A stretch of DNA of 64,000 nt from Saccostrea echinata (Eukaryota). A program made the translations under genes and the position numbers. The stretch covers positions 59,582,001 to 59,646,000 of the forward strand of contig NW_026889803.1 of the NCBI RefSeq assembly GCF_033153115.1, read 5' to 3'. Under the pieces are notes generated by a model that saw only the letters and a list, made by a program, of their open reading frames with translations, was not told where the DNA came from and ran no database searches. Shown in pieces: positions 24,901 to 32,955 of this stretch. Every line of letters starts with the position of its first letter. Position 1 is the stretch's first letter.

Positions 24901-25331
24901 GATGCAATTCATGACGTCACAATGCATTAACTAGCAAGAAAACTTCATTTTTAGTAGATATTCAGTCACCAAGGGTTCAAGTGATATTTATTGCCTTGTC
25001 AACGAAAAGTATGCAGTTTTGATTTTTCAGAAATTCACAGGGCCGAAAAAGGCCTTGAGTGGCTCTTGCTCTTGGGTGATCTACAGTATAGATTTTGATG
25101 TAACCTTAATCAAGGACTATTTGATTATTTATGCATTACATCAAAGGCCACTGTTTGATGTAGATATTTATGTTTCAGACCCCCGTTTATGTGAAGAAGG
25201 ATGACCGCGTAGTCCTTCACATCTGGAGAAGCTGTACAGCTAAGAATGTCTGGTATGAGTGGACCATGGTGGAACCAACAGCTCTACCAATCCACAACCC
25301 AAAGGGGCGCTCCTACACCATAGGACTGTAG
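898..25331 (+). CDS. PRMT5: Protein arginine N-methyltransferase 5 (type II PRMT), complete 17-exon gene, 633 aa
   Basis: join(898-992,1226-1344,5697-5782,6147-6278,6537-6643,7151-7364,7507-7596,8443-8514,8775-8852,9122-9180,10545-10670,11942-12117,14100-14218,18135-18228,22951-23067,24165-24229,25179-25331). All introns are GT-AG with matching phases; 1902 nt open. Diagnostic motifs: [48 protein letters not shown] (SAM motif I), [33 protein letters not shown] (double-E loop), [11 protein letters not shown]-terminal GRSYTIGL*. Confidence 0.97.
1226..1344 (+). CDS. PRMT5: PRMT5 exon 2 ([39 protein letters not shown])
   Basis: Poly-T tract and CAG acceptor, donor G|GTTTGA; strong match to the PRMT5 TIM-barrel start. 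Confidence 0.95.
1446..2033. mobile_element. MITE with ~35-bp terminal inverted repeats (PRMT5 intron 2)
   Basis: GGTGGTTACATTCCGATTACTTGTTCGACCTGCGTG ... CACGCAGGTCGAACACGTAATCGGAATTGAACCACC; no clear TSD. Confidence 0.8.
2192..3450. mobile_element. Non-autonomous DNA transposon, Kolobok-like (TTAA-type target)
   Basis: TIR AGGATGATGTGCCA...TGGCACATCATCCT flanked by GTAA and TTAA; internal ~28-bp inverted repeat at 2432-2528. Confidence 0.7.
3639..5120 (+). mobile_element. Truncated LTR retrotransposon remnant: putative 5' LTR (3639-3954), tRNA-His-type PBS (3956-3975), decayed GC-rich internal region
   Basis: LTR-like ends TGTAAGTAT...ATACTATA with internal AATAAA (~3870), then TGGAGCTGTTGACTCGGTTT, close to the tRNA-His complement TGGTGCCGTGACTCGGATT. 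GC-rich broken ORFs at 4178-4920. No pol motifs and no 3' LTR seen. Confidence 0.5.
5697..5782 (+). CDS. PRMT5: PRMT5 exon 3 ([29 protein letters not shown])
   Basis: TTAG acceptor, GTAAGA donor; matches DWNTLIVGKLSPW...RRNSEA. Confidence 0.95.
6147..6278 (+). CDS. PRMT5: PRMT5 exon 4 ([44 protein letters not shown])
   Basis: TTAG acceptor, CAG|GTATGA donor; QEL..A..LGLPA...NLAR motif. Confidence 0.93.
6537..6643 (+). CDS. PRMT5: PRMT5 exon 5 ([36 protein letters not shown])
   Basis: TGCAG acceptor, TG|GTAAGC donor; W..IPLV and TWxWW motifs. Confidence 0.92.
6669..6867 (+). repeat. Tandem array (~23-25 nt unit) repeating the exon 5 donor GAAATG|GTAAG
   Basis: Six more perfect GAAATGGTAAG copies at 6687, 6712, 6735, 6760, 6783 and 6833. 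Confidence 0.9.
7151..7364 (+). CDS. PRMT5: PRMT5 exon 6 ([20 protein letters not shown]...[24 protein letters not shown])
   Basis: TTGCAG acceptor, AAG|GTATGG donor; RWLAEPIK and [13 protein letters not shown] motifs. Confidence 0.96.
7507..7596 (+). CDS. PRMT5: PRMT5 exon 7 ([30 protein letters not shown])
   Basis: TGTAG acceptor, CAG|GTAACA donor; matches LEVQFIITG...YLQYLEYL. Confidence 0.93.
7570..8295 (+). repeat. Tandem array (~46-48 nt unit, ~16 copies) of the exon 7 3' end plus donor
   Basis: Unit CAACAGTACCTAGATCACCTGTGGCAG|GTAACAAATGAGTATAATATA; the first unit overlaps the exon. Confidence 0.95.
8443..8514 (+). CDS. PRMT5: PRMT5 exon 8 ([24 protein letters not shown])
   Basis: ATAG acceptor, CAG|GTAAAA donor; [14 protein letters not shown] is highly conserved. 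Confidence 0.96.
8524..8742 (+). repeat. Tandem array (~56 nt unit, 4 copies) filling most of PRMT5 intron 8
   Basis: AACAATCCTTTACATTCAACCAATACAAACCTACTGATATGTAACAAAGTCTTCAT repeated; shares CCTTTACA with the exon 8 end. Confidence 0.9.
8775..8852 (+). CDS. PRMT5: PRMT5 exon 9 ([26 protein letters not shown])
   Basis: ACAG acceptor, AAG|GTACCG donor; contains the conserved Phe (human F327 equivalent) that determines symmetric dimethylation. Confidence 0.97.
9122..9180 (+). CDS. PRMT5: PRMT5 exon 10 ([20 protein letters not shown])
   Basis: AAG acceptor after a T-rich tract, GT|GTAAGT donor; matches AIYKCLLDRVPEEEKDT. Confidence 0.92.
9181..9336 (+). repeat. Three ~58-nt copies starting exactly at the exon 10 donor
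   Basis: GTAAGTATTAACTTTGGTAAGCTTTGTATTTAGG / ATAAGTATTAACTTTGGTAAGCTCTGTATTCAGG / GTAAATATTAACTACAGTAAACTTTGTATTTGGG. Confidence 0.85.
9745..10553 (+). repeat. Tandem array (27-39 nt units, ~23 copies) of the exon 11 acceptor
   Basis: Unit (A)GCATACTT(CTTCCTT)CCTTTGTAG|TGTTTTGAT; the last unit is the real acceptor plus the first 9 exon nt. It accounts for the spurious minus-strand ORFs at 9797-10606. Confidence 0.95.
10545..10670 (+). CDS. PRMT5: PRMT5 exon 11 ([42 protein letters not shown])
   Basis: TTTGTAG acceptor, AC|GTAAGT donor; SAM-binding motif I and post-I. Confidence 0.96.
11085..11400 (+). mobile_element. DINE/HINE-like element with two internal ~160-bp units
   Basis: TTTTTATACCCCCGC...GGGGTATA hairpin head; duplicated TCTCAGCAACTACTC.AGGCAGATGCTT...TTGTTTAGGCA units. 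Confidence 0.6.
11942..12117 (+). CDS. PRMT5: PRMT5 exon 12 ([58 protein letters not shown])
   Basis: Poly-T tract and AAG acceptor, G|GTATCG donor; double-E loop. Confidence 0.97.
12250..13113. mobile_element. MITE with ~33-bp TIRs, TTAA-like target (Kolobok-like)
   Basis: GGCGAAAAAAAATTAATAACTTGGTTCTCAGGCC ... GGCCTGAGAACCAAGTTATTAATTTTTTTAGGCC, flanked by ATTA and TTAA. Confidence 0.85.
14100..14218 (+). CDS. PRMT5: PRMT5 exon 13 ([40 protein letters not shown])
   Basis: TTTTAG acceptor, GAT|GTGAGT donor; DDG.SIP.EYTS...KLYNEVR. Confidence 0.95.
14652..17228. mobile_element. Tc1/mariner-type MITE (TA TSD) split by a nested insertion
   Basis: TA|CAGTTGAACTTTGGTATCTCGAAC ... GTTTGAGATAACGAGGTTTGACTG|TA, with GATATCTCGAA subterminal repeats at both ends. 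Confidence 0.78.
14729..17130. mobile_element. Nested pogo/Tigger-like non-autonomous DNA transposon (TA TSD)
   Basis: TA|CCGTATTCGGCCGAATATAATATGCA ... TGTGTATTATATTCAGCCAAATACTG|TA; no intact transposase. Confidence 0.75.
17731..17947. mobile_element. Short Tc1/mariner-type MITE (TA TSD)
   Basis: TA|CTGTAGATTCCT ... AGGAATCTACAG|TA. Confidence 0.82.
18135..18228 (+). CDS. PRMT5: PRMT5 exon 14 ([31 protein letters not shown])
   Basis: TTTCAG acceptor, G|GTAGGT donor; [10 protein letters not shown]...F.HPNR. Confidence 0.95.
18213..18311 (+). repeat. 42-nt tandem repeat (~2.3 copies) spanning the exon 14 donor
   Basis: AGACACC at 18213, 18255 and 18297; second donor AGAG|GTAGGT at 18270/18271. 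Confidence 0.85.
18637..19215 (+). mobile_element. HINE/Helentron-type (CvA/pearl-like) non-autonomous element
   Basis: TTTTTAGCTCA...AAAGGCTCAAGTGAGC head, (CTGT)n microsatellite, then repeated cores CTTCTC(C)AGAACCACTGGG...AAACTT...ATTCAAGTTTGTTCAAAT. Confidence 0.7.
19372..19715 (-). mobile_element. Penelope-like element 3' fragment in PRMT5 intron 14
   Basis: AGAGGTGGGATCAGGTGCTTAGGAGGAGTAAGCATCCCCTG...; collinear with 53285-53630. Confidence 0.8.
19819..20075. repeat. 32-nt minisatellite, ~8 copies
   Basis: ATAATAGATATAATCATAATAGGTCCATACCC repeated. Confidence 0.92.
20196..20532. mobile_element. MITE with TTAA TSD (Kolobok-like)
   Basis: TTAA|GGACATACGCAACGTA ... TACGTTGCGTATGTCC|TTAA; perfect 16-bp TIR. 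Confidence 0.9.
20696..21600 (+). mobile_element. HINE/Helentron-type element, second more degenerate copy
   Basis: TTTTTAGCTCACCAGAACCAAAGGCTCA head and the same core motifs as 18637-19215. Confidence 0.6.
22215..22337 (+). mobile_element. 123-bp solo-LTR-like element containing a tRNA-like Pol III cassette
   Basis: TATC|TGTAA...TTACG|TATC (4-bp TSD, inverted termini); internal GGCCTGGGTAGCTCAGTCGGTAGAGCA...GGGTTCAATTCCCGGTCCAGCC (22242-22314) with A and B boxes. Confidence 0.72.
22951..23067 (+). CDS. PRMT5: PRMT5 exon 15 ([39 protein letters not shown])
   Basis: Poly-T CCAG acceptor, A|GTAAGT donor; IDN.RY..LEF...HGFAGYF.TVLY. Confidence 0.96.
24165..24229 (+). CDS. PRMT5: PRMT5 exon 16 ([22 protein letters not shown])
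   Basis: ATAG acceptor, AAG|GTGAGT donor; FSW loop (THW-loop equivalent). Confidence 0.97.
25179..25331 (+). CDS. PRMT5: PRMT5 exon 17, last coding exon ([50 protein letters not shown])
   Basis: TTTCAG acceptor; VWYEW and [13 protein letters not shown]-terminus; TAG at 25329-25331. Confidence 0.97.
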   Translation, partial: TPVYVKKDDRVVLHIWRSCTAKNVWYEWTMVEPTALPIHNPKGRSYTIGL

Positions 25332-25550
25332 GACCCAGTCTATATAGCAGACAGTCCTACCGATCCACATCCTATAGGAGTGCTCCTCTACCACAGGACC
25401 ATAGAACATAGTTAAATAAAGCAGATAATCCTACCAATCCACATCTCAAAGGAGTGTTCCTGTACCATAGGACTGTAAAAATAGTTAACTAAAGCAGACA
25501 ATCCTATACAATTCCACATCTCAAAGGAGTGCTTCTCCCTCACAGAACTG
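25283..25550 (+). repeat. ~73-nt tandem repeat (~3.7 copies) of the PRMT5 C-terminal codons and stop, extending into the 3' UTR
   Basis: CTACCAATCCACA...AAAGG.G.GCTCC...ACCATAGGACTGTA recurs at ~25284, 25357, 25430 and 25504. Confidence 0.88.
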
Positions 25551-25769
25551 TGTAGCTAACAAAAATCTTTTAGAGATTGTTCTGTTAGCTACTAGTATTC
25601 TAAAAGATCTGTTATTCCGAGAGTTAGCCATTTAATACAATTAAATACAGTAAAATTTCATTTTATGATACATATTAAAAGATTATTATAATTTAGATTG
25701 TCTAAGACGTTTTTGTTGTTGATTTGATATTTAGCATAAACTTGGTAAAACACCCCATTTATGAATAAA

Positions 25770-25895
25770 ATGTCATTTACATATGTATCTGCATCGTCAT
25801 TTATATATGTATCTGCATCATCATTTACATATGTATCTGCATCGTCATTTATATATGTATCTGCATCATCATTTATATATGTATCTGCATCAACT
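25770..25895. repeat. 24-nt minisatellite, ~5 copies
   Basis: TCATTTATATATGTATCTGCATC(A/G) repeated; accounts for the DADTYIND ORF. Confidence 0.92.
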
Positions 25896-26019
25896 ATATG
25901 TATATGCCCATGTTCCTGCAATCAAGCTGGAAGTAGCGATGACACCTTTGGTAAAAACGTAGAAGATAATGATCATTCCTAGAAATCCTATAAATAGTAC
26001 AAGTCTAGAATGGCCAAAA

Positions 26020-26760
26020 CATGAACCCATGGAAATAGAAAAGGTGGGATCAGGTGCTTAGAAGGAATCAGCATCCCCTGTGGACCGGTAAACAATGTGT
26101 AAATGATCATGTAAACGGTAATTTATAGTCAGTATAAAAACAATGGTCAAACAAATGGAATGAAACTGCGAATTACAGAATTTAATCATATCTGTTGAAA
26201 CTCTTTCTAATATTAACTTATTTACCAGTATCCTGCTTTGGTTTAAAAAAAATAGTACTAGAAATATGTTCATGAATACTGATCCAGTTAGGAGACATAA
26301 ACACCATATGCACATGATGAAGTTGATGATGGAAAAGAAAAGATGAAACCTTCCCATTTGTCATGTAGTTGTTAGTTCACTAAAGCATCCAGAAATGAAG
26401 CAGATGTGGCAGACTCTGTGGTGTCTTTAAATTCTAGTTCACTGATATGTATGTATCAAATCAACATCTATTGTTCATTGATAAAATGTTGTCAATATAT
26501 TTAAGTACTGAATGGAGTCTGCAGCAAGAGGTTTCTTTTTCTCATATAGAAGTACATGTATTTGAATAAATTCTGCTTAGTAGGAATTTAATATCAGGTT
26601 TGCTAATAAAGGTGCAATATTAGTACCCATTGAAATTAAAACTGATTGTTGGTCTCAAAGACTTCAAAGATATTGTCAATGAGGAGCTCCATGCCAGCAT
26701 CTTTTAATATCAACTTCAGAATAATTGTGTGTAGAATCAGAATGTAGATGATCAGTCACA
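26020..26760 (-). mobile_element. Highly decayed Penelope-like element (RT remnants plus 3' module)
   Basis: Minus-strand remnants HSDSTHNYSEVDIK, MGTNIAPLLANL and KDTTESATSASFLD; 3' module at 26040-26090. Confidence 0.75.
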
Positions 26761-27191
26761 AGATATGAAGTTCCATTTTTATTAGGTCACCTGAGTCGCT
26801 CAAAAATTGTGAAATTTCAATGTCCCTGCACCCCACCCCACACCCAGGGCCTGAGGGGTGGGACTAAAACCATTAGAATTAATGCAATCTTTAAAAATCT
26901 TTTTTACTCATAGACATCAAGCAGTTAAACTGTTGTTATAAGCATTGAGCTCTCTACCAAAATTTTGAAATTTATGGCCCAAGGATCAGGGGTTCTGGAG
27001 TTAGGGTGGGGCTCTAATGATCATAAAGTGAAAATGCAAAAATTCTTCAAAAATCTTCTTTTCTCCTCCTATATATGGCAGATAAACTAAGTGCATGGTT
27101 ATGGTGAGCAATGGAGCCTTTTTCAAAATTGTGAAATTTAGAGCCATGGAGTCAGCTGTTCTGGGAGGGGGGGGGGGGGGCTTTATGGATT

Positions 27192-27233
<42 letters not shown>

Positions 27234-27829
27234 GCTCCTGGGTATTAAGGAGAAAGATGAAGTGCTTGGTTGTGATGAGCAAGGATGCCTCTTCCAAAGT
27301 TGTGGATTTCACATCCCTTGGTCCAGGAGTTCTTGAGTGTGAGGGGGCTCTATGGATAAAAGTGAAAATGCATTATTTCTTTGAAAATCCTCTTCTCTGC
27401 TCCTGGGTTATAAAGAAAAAAAATGTGCATTGTTATGATCAGCAAGGATGCCTCTTCCAAAATAGTGAATTTGATAGCCCTGGGTCAGGGGTTCTGGTGT
27501 TAGGGCAGGGCTCTATGGATTATACAGTGAAAATGCTTTAATTCTTTAAAAATCTTCTCTGCTTTTGGGTATTTAGCAGATAAACTAAGTGCATGGCTAT
27601 GATGAATAAAGGTGCTTTTTCCAAAATTGTGATTTTTTGGCCCCATGGTTCTAGTGTTAGGGTGGGCTCTATAGATCATATGGTGAAATGCATAATCTTT
27701 TAAAAATCTTCTCCAACCCTTGGTATTCTGCAGACAAACTAGTTGCATGGTAATGATGAGCAAGGTTGCCTCTTCCAAATTACGAAATTTCATAGACCCT
27801 GAGTTGGGGTTTCTGTGTTAGGGCTATGG

Positions 27830-28075
27830 TGAATGTAAATCTTATATGGTACCAATTTTGATGCACCAGATGCGCATTTCGACAAATTATGTCTCTTCAG
27901 TGATGCTCTTGCCGAAATGTTGGAAATCCGAAAAAAAAGACTGGAGCCAAATACATCGAAGGATCAGAGCTATGCATGAGGGAGAGAAATCCTTAATTTG
28001 AAATAAATTTCTTAATTTTACCACAGCAATTAAATATATATCCGTATTTTTAAGCTAGTACCGAAGTACATGTAT
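27830..28075 (-). mobile_element. Penelope-like element terminal-repeat (pLTR) fragment inserted in the satellite array
   Basis: Non-satellite ~250-bp block interrupting a 166-bp unit and carrying the hammerhead; boundaries approximate. Confidence 0.65.
27863..27906 (-). ncRNA. Minimal type I hammerhead ribozyme (Penelope-like retroelement type)
   Basis: Minus-strand RNA GCAUCA-CUGAAGA-GACA-UAAUU-UGUC-GAAA-UGCGCA-UC^UGGUGC: intact CUGANGA and GAAA core, stem I GCAUCA/UGGUGC, stem II GACA/UGUC, short palindromic stem III, AUC cleavage triplet. Confidence 0.85.
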
Positions 28076-28287
28076 TTAGCTTATACTTAACATATATATA
28101 GTGAAAATGCTTAATTTCTTTGAAAATCTTCTCTGCCTTTGGGTATTTAGCAAACATACTAAATGCATGGTTATGATGTGCAAGGGTGCTTCTTCCAATA
28201 TTATAAGTTTCTCTGCCCCTGGGTCAGGGGATCTGGTGTTAGGGCGGGGCTCTATTGATTACAATGTATGTAGTGAAAATGCATTAA

Positions 28288-31200
28288 GACGTTGCGCACG
28301 GTGTTGGTACACATTGACGTTACGTCAAAATAACGTTATTAAAGTCATAACGTTGTTACAACGTTTTAAACGTTAATTGCATATTTTAGTTGTTTAATGT
28401 GAATTCTATTTATTTATTTTTTTAAATCTAAATAAAATAACAGAGCACAAACTTTTCAATTTTTGAATCTTCGTTGAAAATATTAAGATGTACACTAAAA
28501 ATCTTATAATCTTATAAATATTTAATAAATTGTCAGATTTTTATTATGAAATTGTCACAGGCATACATATCCCCATTCATATCCTTGATTCCTCTTTCTA
28601 TTTCTTTTTTCTCACTTTGTACGCTCAGTCTTGCAAAGAGAAAACACATCAAGTAGCTTTCTCTTTCAACCGTCTCTCCTTCATTTTTTTTCCCATTAGG
28701 TCATTTCAAGTTTTCTATTTCTATCAAACCCCGCATGCGCCTTGGTTTCTGACAACCAAGATCAGAGAAAAGCACAGAAAATCGGTTAATGCGCGGTTCC
28801 AGGAAATTTTGCGAGGGGGGGGGGTCCAATAAATTAAAAAAAATATAACTCTAGAAGATTTTGACAGCAAAAAAATTATAACTGAAAATCCCAGGGGGGA
28901 GGGGGGTCCGGAACCCCCTTCCCAACCTCCCCGCCTGCCTTTTTTATTGAAACCTTTTGAATTCTGTCATTTTCTTTCTATATTTTTCTAATATGTTTAA
29001 TCAGATAATGTACCTAGCATTTACAACCTTGATTTTGCGAAGGAATATATTTTTCTACGATAGAGAAAATGTGTCTTTCTACGAGAAAAGTGGAATTATG
29101 AAATCAAAACATTTAAATGATCATGTACTTTTTATGACAACCGCTGTACAAAGTAGGATTTCCCCCATAACCAGCCCCCCCCCCCATCCCCGAAATCTAT
29201 ACTCAGGAATCTTACACTAGAGCTAATTTTCCCCTCTTTCTCTCTCAGAGTAGGTTTTCCCCTGTTTTATCAATGTTTAAATCATATCGACATTGCAAAA
29301 GTTTATATAAAAGTCGACTGATTTTTTAATAGAAATATGAGTGTTTTCGCTCAAAAATTTTTCAAAGGATCACTTCTAGTTAAATATATGGCCGATATTG
29401 GTTTCAATCTTTAGAAAAAGCTTATCGATATCCGTTCCGGTCCCTGACTTTAGGCCACATGCGTGTAGTTTCTTGTTTTTCATGTATCGTTTTAGTTCTA
29501 GTCAACTGTCTTCATATGATCCTATATCGGTATTTACAGAAACATTCTTTATAAGAGGGTCCTTACTTGATGCCTGGCTAATGGCAACGGGACATAAAAC
29601 CTTAACTGACCTTACCACGTTCTTTTCTAATCTGTAAACCTTCCTCCTGCATTTTTGACATAACATGTCGCCAATGCACACAATTTTCCCGAGGAATGAA
29701 CTGCATCTACTCTGCATAGCGCAGTATCTCTCCCAATGACACAACAGTACTATTACACAGAGATGTTCTTGAAAGACAAACACAGCGATTTTTGCTCGGC
29801 ATGATTTTTTTTTCGTGACATCTGCAGTATCGAGTAACACAAAGTGAATGATTCGTGTCCTTGAACAAAGTGTGCTTACACTGAGGTATAGTTCCGGTTG
29901 ATTGCGTTTAGTTAAAGAGAATTTTTGATCTGCATTTCCATAAATGTCTTTTATATCAACAGCAAACATATACATTTAAGGAAGAAAATAGAAGTAAAAT
30001 GAAAAAGCCTGTGTGAAAAATTAAATTCGGGTTTATGTACAGGTGAAAAATTTGAAAATATAAAAGTGTGCCAACAGGTGGATTCGAACCAGGACGCTAA
30101 AATTGTCCATGGTGAGAGTCTACGGACTGTCTCTCTGAGCTATACTGACTATGTGAACATACGTCTGACATAAATATAATCCAGTATGATAGAAATAGGT
30201 TTTCGCACTTTTTGTAGTTTTTTTTTACGAATTTCAACCCTAGGGCAGGGGCGCCCCTAAAAAATCTTGTTTTAAATCATTCTTCAGATCAAAATCTATC
30301 AAAATTTCATAATTTAAATTAGGGGTAGGCCTGCCCTGAAGGACTTCTATTCCAAAATTTACGCAAAAATTAGTGCTTTAACGGATAATATACTGTCTTA
30401 ACCAAATTTGGAGGTTAATTTCAAAGTTGCATATAAAAAAAATTAGGTTCAAAATGCAAATTTGAAAAATTTATACAAATATACGATAGAAAACAACTAA
30501 AGAACATTGATTTTTAAATGTGACTTTTTCAGGAAATTGTTCTCTCCTATAGGTCAAATCTTTTGTTATAACGAAAACATCCTTTAGTATGAAATTTTAG
30601 TAGTTAAAAAAGTACAATACAAGAAGCACTGCTCTTGCAAGCTGTAGGATATAGATATGACCCCTCGACCACAGAGGTATAATACTCGACAGTTATTTAA
30701 ATCCCCAGAAACTTGGAGAGACACTTAATCAATATTATGCACATATAGTTTTATGAAATATAACTGGAGAAAAAAAATCCATTAAAAATAAAATTCCTCG
30801 TTTTTTTTTTTTTTTTAAATTAAATGCTGACACAACTAGACTTTTTTATTACAATTTTTGTGAAGTTCCATTAAGATTGTCAACTGCGAGAGCACCTGTG
30901 AAAAAATTACAGAAAGTACATTTGTAACCATATGTCGCCCCCCCCCCCTCATATATAAGTACTGGCATGATATTTTATAGCAGAAGGGGTAAATTGGCTC
31001 TTGAGGGAATCACACTTTATAACTGTTACACAGAGTAGGGATTTCCCCGGAAAATTGAATGTGGTGTGGGATTTCTGATGAAGGGGAAATAATACTCAAG
31101 AGCCAGTTTTCCGAAAAAGACTTTAGAGGGAAAAGGCCGGTATAAAGTTCTTGTTTTAATTTTGGGCTTTTGTACTGATATGCTTTTGTGAATCGGTAGA

Positions 31201-32955
31201 TAGGTTCTAGAATTATAGGAGGTCGCTAAACTGAAAAAAAAATAAATGGCCTTATACTGAATTAAACTTTTTTTTTCTTCAGCCCAAGTAGTTAAGCTCT
31301 CTTTATAAATCGGGGGGGGGGGGGGTACTGACATGCAAAAAAAAAAGAGATGGGGACGTTTCGCTATTAAAAACCCTACTAAATTGAAAAAAAAAAACTA
31401 GCCAGAAAAAATAAAATTCAGATACCCTTTTACTTTTTCGTGGAAAGGGGGGGGGGCTCTCATTCTCATTTTAGCAAAGAAAGAGAGAGAGAGAGATCAA
31501 TAACGTGATATGTTTAGATATTGCTGCAGCAAAATAAAAAGGGGGTATCGGCCTATGAATGAAAATTTTCAGAATATTTAAAACAAAAGATTGTTCTAAA
31601 ATATTTGGAGAAGGACCTTTTACCCTACTTGGAACTAGGGCTGGGACGATATATCGAGATATCGATAATATCGATTCAATGTGAGGATGATACGCATATC
31701 GATACATATGAAGAAATATCGACATATCGCCCAAAAAATTCTGACTAATGTTTTTCTTTGTTTACTTAACATTTTGGGTTTAATATGTAAAATAAATATG
31801 CTTAATATAAATATAAATATGAAATACATAATAATTAAGACCACTTGTGCAAAATAATTAAGTTTTACAACAGATATACAACTTCTTTGAATAAATTATT
31901 CTTATATGTGAAGAAATGTTTTGTTCACTTCAATATAAAAAAAGGATTTATAACCAATTAAACATATCGTATCGTGGCTCAAATATCGGGATACGTATCG
32001 ATATAGAAAAAGTTGTATCGTCCCAGCCCTACTTGGAACTCCGGACCTGCAGAAAATTGGGAAAAAAAGAGCACGGCGATACAATTTGACGCTCCCGACG
32101 TCATTCGTATATATGAAGTGTGTAAAATGACGTTTTTCGTACCTGTGACAAAATGGCTACATCTATATTAATGCTTGCGTTTATTTCATGTAGATGATAA
32201 CCGTAAAAATTATGCTATTATCTAATACAGTATGAAATGTTCTTTCAAGATACAGTAATGATTGGTATGTATACGACATTAATTTATGTATATTTGATAT
32301 ATAACTGAGACATATTAAGTAATAGTACAGCGACTCGTACGTGCATAACAAAATGGCTACACTTAACAAAGCCTTACTAATATTAACGTATCAGCAGTTA
32401 TATAACATGTATCAACATAACTAATTTTAGAAACATATGTACTTAAAGATTATTCATCAAAATTTATCTTTGTGTGGCATGTATGTCTAGTATACATCGC
32501 CATGCGGGCTAATGTCAACTTTAGGAAACGATTTTTTCCTGTTGGACATATTACTTACGCACTGTAGATACAGCCCAAACTCGTGAAATTGAGAAAATGA
32601 TGCTAAAAATTCAACAATATCACAAAGAATGCATACATATTATTGTATTTCCTAAATTTTATTTAATTTAGAGGATTGGAAGTGGATCTTTTTATATCTT
32701 GTAGTTGCGAGAACAATAATTTATGTAACGTTGGACACCGGAATTTCGCCGTAATAACCAATAATGAATAAAGCCATATCATAGCTAAGATATTTTTATA
32801 TTATTAAAAAGAGAATTTTTAGAATAATTTATTACCTTGGATAAAATAATTAATTTCATTTTTAATTTCTAGTAACTGTATCATCTTGAAAACGCCAGTT
32901 TCTTTACGACATCTAAAGAGTCAGATTTTATAGTACCAACACCGTGCGCAACGTC
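28288..32955. mobile_element. 4.67-kb DNA transposon with perfect 23-bp TIRs and TAA TSD (PIF/Harbinger-like), non-autonomous
   Basis: TAA|GACGTTGCGCACGGTGTTGGTAC ... GTACCAACACCGTGCGCAACGTC|TAA. Removing it restores the satellite unit GAAAATGCATTAATTCTTTGAAAATCTTCTTCT. Confidence 0.9.
31636..32031. mobile_element. hAT-family MITE nested in the Harbinger-like element
   Basis: 8-bp TSD CTTGGAAC; TIR TAGGGCTGGGACGATA...TATCGTCCCAGCCCTA; many subterminal ATCGAT/TATCG motifs. Confidence 0.93.

Larger units (their letters stand above)
26780..28287 (+). repeat. ~166-bp satellite-like array (Cg170/HindIII-like) inside a HINE/Helentron-type element; continues at 32956-33075 after a transposon insertion
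   Basis: Begins TTAGGTCACCTGAG. GTGAAA(A)TGC recurs at ~27028, 27197, 27362, 27527, 27683, 28101 and 28273, with units AAAATCTTCTTCT...CCAAAATTGTGAA.TTCAT.GCCCCTGGGTCAGGGGTTCT. Family name is from recollection of oyster satellites. Confidence 0.75.

Noticed and set aside
25658-25982. ORFs with DADTYIND / YVSASSF repeats
   Set aside because: Products of the 24-nt minisatellite.
27095-27793. 148-aa and 97-aa ORFs
   Set aside because: They lie within the 166-bp satellite array and show no protein motifs.
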